From contig JAQGDQ010000434.1 in NCBI GenBank assembly GCA_030141605.1, forward strand, positions 134,110 to 198,109: a stretch of DNA of 64,000 bases, in the 5' to 3' direction. This document shows positions 47,946 to 59,900 of the stretch, in pieces. A program made the translations under genes and the position numbers. Below the pieces are notes generated by a model, which saw only the letters and a program-made list of their open reading frames with translations, was not told the origin of the DNA and made no database searches. Source of the stretch: Tubiluchus corallicola (lineage: Eukaryota > Animalia > Priapulida). Positions within the stretch are counted from its first letter, which is position 1. Each line of letters begins with the position of its first letter.

Positions 47946-50900
47946 GTCTCGTCTACCCTGTTAGGAATTCAAATAGGCGTAGGTTAGCCAAATATTCCAA
48001 TAACGAGTAGTATTACAATACTGATCATTCATTGCAGTGCTTCTTAATTAGGAATAACAGCTTGTAAATAGTAAAAAAAACAAGTGTGTCTTTAATTATG
48101 CTGCTCTTTGGTAATGCATAACCAATTGATTATCATACTGCTGTGACATTCTTCTTTCAATAATGTTTTTCCGTGTTTTTGGTGCAAGAAAGTGATAAAC
48201 ACGAACAAACGTATTTTTATCTGCGCGCTGCATGCGTAAACGTTTGAGTGCATGCGCTAATAAAATTGCGCTCCGGCATCAAAATGCTGAAATGCTAAGG
48301 TAGTAATGATTACCGTAATAACGTTAAAAATGAATGCCGCTTAAACTTAAAAAACTTTTTGTAGCTCTAGGGTACTGAACGCTTACTCTACAAAATAAGC
48401 ATAGCATTAGAAGTAATTGCTAATATTAAATCAAGACATTAAAATTATTATTATAACTAATTCAGCCAGAAATTGAAACCAATGAGATGAGAAAACTGCT
48501 GAAACGTCTGGCAAAATCTCGCTCATTTTCTTCAATTATGATTTTTTTAAATGAAATATTTACTTCGTTTCGATTGATTTTTTTAGTCCACAAGTTTTCT
48601 CTCAACTAACGAATTTTTCAGTCCATTTTGAGTGGTCAGTTAATCCATGGGACCACAGAGGCCCTTAATACTCTCCACCGAAAACGTGAACCATTTCCAA
48701 CGAAGCACAGCTACTCAGCTTGATGCAATGTAGCAACAATACGGGGTTGAGGAACCGACGAGCACAAAAAAATTATTAGTAAACCAAAAATGATATCCTA
48801 GAGACAAACCAAAGAACTAATGGGAGAGAAGTTCGCTGAACTAGAACCACTTAACTAAAAGGTCACTAAATTAAGAGGCTAATGTTTCGAAAGATCACAA
48901 AGTTGAAATACGTATATATGTTTTGAATCCCAAAAACACTTTAAAACAATTTTTATAATGAGTTGATGTGTTTACTTAATGAGTAATTTTTGACCTTAGG
49001 TCAAGGCAGTCCAGGTGACATCTGTGTGTCATCCATGTTAATTATCAAAGTTTATCAGAGTTTTATCAAGGATTCATCTAAAATACACATAAATTTGAAG
49101 TGGTAAGTATAGAACTAAATCCGCGCGTATTAATTAATAAAACACACTATGCATCTGATGTCAAAGCAAGATTATTCACTTAGTAATGTGGCAAACAAAC
49201 AAAGAAAACCTGTGACCCCGGTATGGAAAGTGACAGAAAGATCCCAAGCATGTTGACTAATCGATGTTCTTAGAACGAAAACTTTCATATCGAAGGCCAA
49301 GATCAATTCACCTTGTGACTTTTAAAGTCATGTTGCAACTCATGTGTGGCATGCAGTATGCTAAATAAATATCAGGATAAAGATCTCGGATCATCATCGA
49401 CATAATCAAACAAATCATTTCTGTACAGTAATTAAAATAATATGTTAAAATATTTACACAGGTCACAAAAAACTTCGGGTTTTCTTGTGTTTTTTATCCT
49501 GAAATACCATTAAATAAAGCAAAATAAATATTTTAGTAACTGGAATAGACTGACCTAAAACGTTTATTGGGCAAAGCGATTACAAACCCATTTATATTCA
49601 TGTGCAACTTTAACTTTATAATGCCTGCCATCATATTCCATTATGCCTTTATACCTCAGCTTCTATGTTAGCCAAATTAAGATATAATTTTAACAAGAGC
49701 TAAACATACAGTTTCTGAAGAAAAAATTATGCATGATTTTTATGTTCTTATTTTTCAAGGTGGTCATGTACTAATTTAAAGAACTAACGATCATCGGCTA
49801 AGGTTATGCGTCACTCATTTAGAAAGGTTTTGTTGTTTCCATTCCTAAACCCAGAGATTTAAAAAAGTCTGCGTTAAGTTTCTAGCAGTAGCAAAAATTG
49901 AGAGCTAAATTATGCAATACTAGATTTGACTATTAATTTTCGCTAACTTCTAATCAGACTATTGGACAAACAAGTATGTAGTGGAGACCCATTAATCGTA
50001 ATACCCCCCAAGAATCAGCTAAATATCATGGATTTCGTGAAAGTTTTAAAAGCTCTGTCACTGCGTACTGAGAGCTCGGCAAGAATCATGCAAGGTTCAA
50101 GTAGCTTAAGTGGACCTCAAGAAAAGCTTTTAAGAGGAAAAAATAATGCGTGGAATCATTTGCCACATGACCACAATAATTGCAAACGGCTTATAGATGC
50201 GTCGGCAGGAAATATTCCGTGAGATGCTGCAGTAATTAGCAGTGCAATCGCCTTCTGCGCAAGAGCCGCATGCATTCTTGTCTCAAACTGGAAAACTACA
50301 TTTACTCAAATACTTGATGACATGAGAAGTTTCCAGTAAGGAGACGACCTCTTGTCGCTTTATTATTTAATTGCATGTTATGAGTGGCCTTGCAGCTAAT
50401 CACTAATGGAAAACTGGCAACCAAAGAAACTAATAAATGACACAAATGCACGCTGCCACGGATCAAAATGACTTTGCAGGTTTTATAGGCAGAATGCTGA
50501 TGCATCCACGTGGCAATAACACGCATGAGAGACATGATTAGTATGACGCACACGTAGTCTCTAATTGCAAAAACGGTCAGATTAAAACTCCCGAGGATCA
50601 GTGGCAGACATACACAAACTGTATCTGCTGTATCTGCTTAAGAAACCTTCTGACTCGGGACTTGCTTGACATAGGAGCTACATTTAAAACAAGCCTGAAC
50701 GTGAAAGAAACCAGAAGAAAGAAAAATGTCTAATGCAAAGCGACGACATAAAGTAGATTTGCCGTTCTAGCGAATTTTGGAAAATTGAAGGCATTAATGA
50801 GAAACGGGAAGTGTGAAACGAATTGAAGATTTTGTTAGGCTATTTATCGGAATTAAAATTTAACTGATAATTTTTGTTAACAAATCATAATTATAAGAAT

Positions 50901-51646
50901 TTTTATTTTCAGGTTTACAGGAGAGCACAGAAGATATTCTTCTATCTTAAAAGTTAAACATTTTAACGCAGTTTAAAGAAGATTCTCTGTTATTGTATTA
51001 ACTGATTTAGTAGTGCACGTTAAAGTGTGCTGTTTTCCACGTAACAGTTCTATTTAGGGTTTTGAAAACTGCAAGCGTCCTAAAGACTGATATAAGAACT
51101 CCTCCTCAACATAAGCCTCTTTAGTTTCATCTTCATCAAAGGAGTTAGTTTTTAGCTTATAACGCACGCCTGTATAGAATAATTAGAATTTTTGTAATGT
51201 TCGCACAACTACAGCAGTTGCAAAACTCAATCTTCTGAATCATTCGTGCCAAATGTGCGCATAGTGCATTAACTCATTAATTTGTTTTAAATTTGGTTTT
51301 TATTAAAGAATAAAATAAATGAATTTACGGAGTGCTCAATCAAACATTCAAAGCTCTGATACAAAAACACTGAAGTTTTGAAATTGGTAAGCAACTATTT
51401 AGATATTTCAGGGTACACAGCTTGGCCATCTTATTGCTAAAGACCACGTCAATTGGTCATTTCAAGGTCAAACTGGCTGTAGTGCAAGGTAAATTATATA
51501 TTTGTTAGCTGGATTATTTACACAAACCATCTAAGACTAAGTACTCCTCTGTGCGTGCAATTAATCAAGCATCTTGCCTCAAGTGGAACTGTAAGCTGAA
51601 CTCTGTACAACTCTTGTAACGACGAATCTATAAACAACAATGCTCC

Positions 51647-52862
51647 TTAAAGCGACCTTTCATTTCTTTTACCTTCTCGTTGCATTGCTAGGCATGATAT
51701 TATGGCAAATTGAGTTATTACACAGTCATGGGGGTATTTTGCTTTGTGACGTTGGAAATGGACTTTTAGGCTTCCTTTTGTGGTAAAATGGCTTCCACAA
51801 ATATTACATTTAAAAGGTCGTTCACCTGTATGTGACCGAATATGTATCTGCAGGGCACTGTCACTACCAAATGCTTTTCCGCAATACTGACATTTCCGAC
51901 GCAAAAACGGGTCATCTGAACGTTTGTCAAACATATTGAAATTTGGATTGTGGGACATAATTTGTGCCATATCAACTGGTCCAGGACTAGGTAATGCTCC
52001 CACAACAGTTTGTGCTAAAAGTTCTAGAGCACCTGGAGATTTTGAAGGAAGCACTGGTGTCGAGTCTAACGATTTCGATGAAGCTGGCGCTGACTTACTT
52101 ATGCTTGATTCTGCACTGGTTATTGCTGAACTTGTCACTGTGGTTGATGTTGTAGATGCCACTGTACATATTGTAGAAGTTTGTGCAGAAGCTTGGGATG
52201 TCGAATGCAAGGGAAGTCGCGACAGTATTGGTGTCAAGATTGCACTAGTTGGGGTTGATGTGATATTAGATATAATAGGTGATAATGAGCTTATTATTGG
52301 AAATGATGAGGGTGCTTCAGACTGTCCTGTGCCAAAAGAAGGCCGTGCAACTGAAGGAACATTCCTCGTCAACTGGACTTGCAGCTGCTGTAGCAATTCT
52401 AGTTGTACAAGTTGATGTTGCTGTAAACTGTCTAGTGTGTTGTATAAAGCTTGAAGATCCGATGGTGGAAAATTGTTAGTAGCGAACTGCGCCACTGCTT
52501 TTTTGGTGTTTCGAATGCTCTCCAATACAAGATTTGAATCTGGAAGCTTGAAAGGAGGTGACACCTGAGAGGTATCAGACGAGCTTCTTGTTTGTCCCAT
52601 CGCACTCTTTGAATAATCGTCTGTGTCCCTTATATCTGTAAAATTGTTGTCATGTTCTTTCACTGAATTATTTTGAGAATCAACTCCATCTTCGGCTGGC
52701 AAGTGTCCATTTTCGTCTACTATCAATACAAGTCTTTTCCTCCTACATGTCTTTTTATGCTTGAGAAAATTTGCCAGTCCGAATAGTTCTGCATTGCATT
52801 TTCCACAAACAGTGTGAGATCACTGACGTCATCTTCTTCACTTTGTGATTCTGATGACAAAC
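51647..52862 (-). pseudogene. sall: spalt/SALL zinc-finger gene fragment, frameshifted and 3'-truncated as assembled
   Basis: Acceptor CTTTGCAG at 52863-52870. N-terminal C2HC finger [24 protein letters not shown]-rich [19 protein letters not shown] and double finger [47 protein letters not shown]. Frameshift near 52815-52822; homology stops at ~51728; no MSRRKQ exon found. SALL identity is firm; pseudogene versus assembly error is not. Confidence 0.7.
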
Positions 52863-55800
52863 CTGCAAAGAAACAAAACACATATCAAGAGAGGCAAAGA
52901 AAAAAAGAAAAAGAACTGCAACAGGTATAATAATTATAACAAGCAGTTTGTGTCAAATTATGTTAAAAGGAAACGGTCAGCCTTACAGAAGTTGAAGTCA
53001 GGAAACAACGTTTGGAAATTTACCTAGAATTTGGGTTTTATTTACATTAAACGTTATTCTTACGCAGAAGCCATCGTAGCATCAGCGTAACATTTTGTAG
53101 CAGTAAATTACTGTAAAAACGACTGGAGTTTAGTTTTACAATTTTACAAAAGGTTACAAAATTAAGTTCTAAAATGTCTCGAAAACCAAAATCTTTTTTT
53201 GGCAGCCGCTGAACAAATCTAATTATCGTGATTAATAATTATCGATATCGGTTCACTTCATTAGACGCTTCGAACTCTGTTACACTAACACACCTCCAAA
53301 AGAAGTTAAGCCAATTTCCAATTTATTATCTAGGTACGGCGCAGCACAAGTTCCACTGTAATCTATTTATCAAGTTAAAATGATACAAGTGTTTTGCAAT
53401 TCAAGTTTTGCAAAAAATTCACAAAAGTAAAAATAAAATTGATCAACCGAGTTGAACAACTACTACTCCATTGTTAATGGATGTCACAAAAGTATTTTTG
53501 TAAATTTATCTAACTGATTAGTGTTTGGAGAGTGTCAACATCTTTATATGATACATATTAGCGTATTCAAATAATGAAGTTCCGTTTACGTTTAAAGATT
53601 GTCAGGGCGAGTCAATGTATAACATAACGTAACGTAACATGACATAACACAATCTTTTATTTATCTTGCAAAACACACACAGATATAATACAAATAATAA
53701 TTTGAAAACATTTTTTTGAAGAAAGGGCATCTAAGGTATAGGACGTATGATTGATATCGCTGCATCTAAACCGCCAGTTCATTTTAAAAGCATCATAGAA
53801 GTTGCCAAAGTGTAAAACTTTAGCAAAGTAGTATTAGCATAAGCACCGATAAAGCGCATTCTTTTCAGAAGAGTAAATGTTGAAATGCCAATGACCTAGT
53901 GCAAAGTAAGCAACCTTGAACTGGAAGTATTTAAGTACCCAGTGGCGAAAGAGTTCAGCTACTCACTGACCATGCAATTATTCGACGATGAAAAGTTGTG
54001 TACACCACGTGTGATGTGTAAGTCAATAACCTTATAGCATTTTCTTCCAACGAAACTTCGAGAAATGCTGTTAATTTTATCAAGAAGATCCACAACTTTA
54101 TCTGCCACCTTGTTATTTTTTGCTCAAAAAGTTTGATCTTATATAATTATCGTAGTGCACCATTTGTTATACAAAATTTATCAACAAGAGAACTGTAGCA
54201 ACAACAACATCAACATCAACAACAATGGCACGACAGCGACAGCAGCGAGGCAAGGCTACAGCAAAGATGCAATATCATTCTCTCACAAATTAGGGTTAAA
54301 CTTATACGTGATTGCGATATTGCGCATATCACGAAAAAAGCTGCATGGGCTAGCACATTATAAGGGTGGGTTTGGGTCTTCTTACTGTTAATGCAAGGAA
54401 ACTGGTAATGTTGGTAATAAAATAGCTTATGACCCGTTTTTACAGTCAGGTCGATTTTGGTGGTCATCATCAGATAGCAGATGGCCAAGAATAGCCCACC
54501 GATGTAACATATTTTTCCAGCTCTATTCATATACATTTTAGCAACTCGAAACGCCGTTTCATGCAGCAGCTGAAAATCATTTAGTGGAAACCAGAGTCCA
54601 GTTAAAACGTCAGTAATATAGCGCGCGCATCAGCCGCTTTTCGGCTGACCTTGGTCATGCATTTAGACTGAAATTCCGACACAAGTTTACATTTCTCAAG
54701 TTATAGCATCTCTGGCAGGTCTCACTTGCAACATTTGCTTATTATTATATGTACAGGCTGAAAACGAATGTAGCGACGCCTATCGCACAAATTCGCAAGA
54801 TTCGGCCACTGCCAATAGGACTCAACAGGAGCTACTACGACATTGGACAAAAAAATGTATGAGGACTGATGTCTAAACTGAACCACCACCAAAGTTTAGG
54901 GGTGGGCGCAGAATCACTTATCATACCACATATGAAATGATACACTGCTGTTTATTTATAGAGACCATCTTTTACTTAAGTTACACGTACCCCTGGGTTT
55001 AGCACTGTGGGAGTGATAAACTATTACAGACTGGCTATCATCCAGTTCTAAGGCATATATTCAAATGAATGTTATTATGAAAAATGTTCAGCGGGTAGTA
55101 TATGGGAGACAGCTGGCAACGAATTTCATTGGACTGCTTCGTATATTTCTTTGCCGGTGTGCAGAAGTATCTACAGGGAATTAAGTCACTCCTACAGTAG
55201 TAACCAGTCATATAGTTAAAGCCAACTGCACACATTCAACGTAAATTCTGCATGTCTTATACATTGCTAATCAAGTTTATATAAACATGAACCTAGCCTC
55301 ACATAAGCTCTGTTGTTTCATTTAGTGCTATCAAAAAGCAATGACACATTTTACAAACATCCAAAAAGTATAATTGTATTAGAAGCTATACTTTTAAAAA
55401 CACAATGGGTTTTTGTGTGAAAAGTTTAATGGGTCTAGTGGGCCCTTACAGTATGTAGTGCTATATGAGTCTGCTGGTAGTTAGCGGATTAATACTGCAA
55501 TCATCATTAATGAGAAGATTCATTAATGCTGTAATAAATACCAATCAGTAAATGCACATTTTAATACAGGCTAATTGCACCTTAGTTGACAAATGGCACG
55601 CACATGCAATATATTACACAATACGCATCCTTGGTAATCGACCAAAAATCATCCAAATATATAATTCAGAAATTAGAGGCACTGTATTCTAAAAATGATT
55701 TAATTACATCGTCAATATATCACTGTAAGACAACCTGCAACGTATTTCAAATGAATTTGTAAAAGACTGAATCAAGATAATCAATATAATTGCATAGTTG

Positions 55801-55889
55801 TTGCCTCTCTACTATAAGTTTACAAGTAAAATAAAAGTTTACATGTTAAATAACAACAGGGTAGTCAGAAAATGAATATATATAAATAG

Positions 55890-56223
55890 CAGTGGCATAG
55901 CTAATAGGAGATCAAAAGGAGCAACCGCTCTCCCGAGCACATTTTTAAACGGCGGCACCTTTTCAACTAGTTTTATAATGGTTTAGTTCACTTGTGCGAT
56001 AAAAGCTGAAAAGAATCTTTTTATTATTTTTTTAATCGCATGGCCATTTCTGGAGTCATTACTTAATTTACATACTTCCTTCATAACTGCATCTTCTTCA
56101 TGTTCTGATTTTAAACACAAAATTAAAAGGTATAATAAATGCATTAAAGATTGTTTGGTATGTGTCAAGGTACCTTTTCTAAGTGGTGGCACCCCCTAAC
56201 TTTAAAACCTGGCTACGCCTTTG
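55890..56223. mobile_element. Possible degenerate hAT-type MITE
   Basis: Imperfect TIRs CAGTGGCATAGCTA ... TGGCTACGCCTTTG with GC-rich subtermini; no clean TSD. Confidence 0.4.
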
Positions 56224-56996
56224 ATATAGAATACAAGTATGTCGATGCTTATCAAGAGAAACAGTGTGTAAGTATGGTAACTTGACCTCTTAAATTTAAA
56301 TTACAAGGCGGGAGTTCAAGCCATTATTTTGAAACAAACTTTTCCATAATAATTTTGTTGATTCAAAACAGATTGCAGAAGAATTTAAAAAAGAAGTAGC
56401 TATTTATTATTAACTAAATGAAATACAAGAAAGTAACTCACAAATTGCATTTATGTCCCAAGTTTTTGCTTTAATCGTATTAATAATCACCTGAAAAAAC
56501 AAGGTTTAATACTTTTACTTAAAAAAAAACAACTTTTTCAGACAACACACCCACATGCAGCCACCACAGCACAGTACATACAAGCAACGCAGGCACCAAC
56601 TGTATACTCTCAAATTTCTAACATGCCCTGTAATTGTCATCAATTTTCAAACATAATTACACTTTGTAATGCATTACTCTCGCCCTGCTCTGGGTTGCAT
56701 TGCTCTGTATTACCAGTTTGCTTTAAGATACGACTATGACAATAGAATATAATGAATTCTATCTAGATAAATGCAGTTCAAAATAGTCTTATTAAAAAGT
56801 ATTACTTTCACAATTCAGAAAGTTTGCATTTCAGAATTTCCATCCTGCCTTAGGTCTCGAAAATGCCCTCAAATATGGGAAACTGCATTAGCAGCAGATC
56901 ACACTGCCACCCTAGCCGGTTGCATGCATTGCTCCACAATCTGTACACAACACAAAACAAAGAACATTTTAAAAGCCACTACACTGTTGCTGATAC

Positions 56997-59900
56997 TTAC
57001 AAAGGTTTCCGGTATTTACACTGAATCCAAACATGGTACATTTTCAGCTGACGTCCTCGATTCACTTGTAAACGTCGATCTATTAAATTTTGTTCTTCTG
57101 TTAACCCGGCACTAAGAAATAGCTGTCTCAATTCATCTGTAAAATTCATCAAAACATCGTACAGTTTGTAACACTGCTGGAAGCCAAAAAAGCAGCATGA
57201 AACAGCAAAGATACTACAAGTTCAATGGAGGTTGTGGTTGGACTGGAATCTTGAAATGGCATAGTTGTATTAGTCATTCAGATGTACATCATTCCTCAAC
57301 GAGAAAAACAAACGGCTGTAGGACAGCAGATGTTGCTCAAAAGCAATTTCTCCATCTGCTGTCTACAGCCAAACATGCACTGTAACTACTCAGTTATTCT
57401 TTTGCTCATAAAAATGCTCAGTCATTGCTCAACTGAATCATTAAGACAAAATACAAAAAATAAGACGCAGTTGTGCATAAAAGTTGTGTTCCAGTAAGTC
57501 CACTGCATTCCAGCAAAACACATCATTGAATGTGGCGTCGTATGTGTACATTTACTTATGCACATATTACACTTATATACATTTACTCTCGTACATATTA
57601 CACTTACACACATTTACTCATGTACATATTAAACTTATACACATTTACTCATGCACATATTACACTTATACACATTTACTCGTGCACATATTACACCTAT
57701 ACACATGTACTCATGTACATATTACATTTACACACATTTACTCATGTACATATTACACTTACACACATTAACTCATGTACATATTACACTTATACACATT
57801 TACTTATGCACATATTACAATTATACACATTTACTCATGTACATGTTACACTTATGCACATTTACTTATGCACATATTACACTTGTACACATTTACTCAT
57901 GCACATATTACACTTATACACATTTACTTATGCACATATTACACTTGTACACATTTACTCATGCACATATTACACTTATACACATATTACACTTATACAC
58001 ATTTACTCGTGCACATATTACACTTACACACATTTACTTATGCACATATTACACTTATACACATTTACTCATGTACATATTACACTTACACACATTTACT
58101 TATGCACATATTACACTTGTACACATCTACTCATGCACATATTACACTCATACACATTTACTTATGCACATATTACACTTGTACACATTTACTCATCCAC
58201 ATATTACACTTATACACATTTACTTATCCACATATTACACTTATACACATTTACTCGTGCACATATTACACTTATACACATTTACTCATGTACAACTTAC
58301 ACTTACACAAATTTACTTATACACATATTACACTTATACACATTTATTCATGTACATGTTACACTTATACACATTTACTTATGCACATATTACAATTATA
58401 CACATTTACTCATGTACATGTTACACTTATGCACATTTACTTATGCACATATTACACTTGTACACATTTACTCATGCACATATTACACTTATACACATTT
58501 ACTTATGCACATATTACACTTGTACACATTTACTCATGCACATATTACACTTATACACATTTACTTATGCACATATTACACTTATACACATTTACTCATG
58601 CACATATTACACTTACACACATTTACTTATGCACATATTACACTTATACACATTTACTCATGTACATATTACACTTACACACATTTACTTATGCACATAT
58701 TACACTTGTACACATCTACTCATGCACATATTACACTCATACACATTTACTTATGCACATATTACACATGTACACATTTACTCATCCACATATTACACTT
58801 ATACACATTTACTTATGCACATATTACACATTTACTCGTGCACATATTACACTTATACACATTTACTCATGTACAACTTACACTTACACACATTTACTTA
58901 TACACATATTACACTTATACACATTTATTCATGTACATGTTACACTTATACACATTTACTTACACACATTCACTTACACATATGTGCATTTAATTATAAT
59001 CGTGACATTTTATACTAACCCTGAGTGAAGAAATAACACCGAGTTCCGTCACCTCTCACGTAAAAATTATCAGCCAGGCATTTTCCTATAACAAAAATGT
59101 CAACTTAAAGCACAAGAAAACATTGCACTTACATAAAGCTTACGAAATTCATCTTGAAATTTTACACAACTTACATATGCCTTTTTGTATGCAGGACTTG
59201 CACATGTAACAGCAGTAACACAGTACAAAACATGTAAATTTAAACTCCCGCGATGATCGTTAGACACAGCCATTTTGATAATAAGTGATTTGAAATAAGT
59301 TTAGATAACATTGTGTAAAGTTTAAAAAAAAAACTCAGAGCATTTGTAGCACACACAGCACTAAGTAAAATTTTAAATTATTATAACTTGTCAATAAGAT
59401 TAAAAATATGTTTTTCGGTTAGTGAGTGATGCACCCTAGAGGGCGAGTCAGGGACATTTTACAAATTGGTGAAAACATTTTAAATAATTAATAATTTTCT
59501 TTTCTAGTTACATAAGTTTCGAGCAGGTAAGCAAAATGCTAAGTAATATAACTTTGCATGGAAATTTTTTTGAGACATAGTTTAACATTTCCTTTTCTTG
59601 TTATGACATCATGTAATGGCGACTTCGGAACAGTATTGCGGAAGATTTAGAATGAAAACAAAGAAGTACGATGTGTGCAGAAAATTGGTATAAAGTAATA
59701 TAATTTTTTAAGGCGGTTTTTCTGAAACCTACTTCAAGTATCCCTTTTCTTGTCATTTACATTGTTAACTAATTAGAAATATTCATTGAATAACAAGAAA
59801 ATAAAATAACAAGGATAAAAACACACATTCAGAAACATAAGGCAGGTAATCACTGTGTATCAAAACTTTAAAATTTGTTTTTGCGTCCAAATATCCTACC

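Noticed and set aside
48991-49003. TGACCT-T-AGGTCA as a nuclear-receptor element
   Set aside because: Embedded in a TGACC-rich dispersed repeat where such words are routine.
51924-52415. 163-aa plus-strand ORF and other antisense ORFs over VPS52, LRRIQ3 and E(z)
   Set aside because: Shadow ORFs opposite real coding sequence, with no recognisable motifs.
53174-53200. ATG-TCT-CGA-AAA (MSRKPK) as spalt exon 1
   Set aside because: Wrong strand, and not MSRRKQxxP.
57530-59028. Three overlapping 417-487 aa His/Thr/Tyr-rich ORFs
   Set aside because: Artefact of a nearly stop-free 31-bp unit cycling through all frames; lies antisense in a METTL2 intron.
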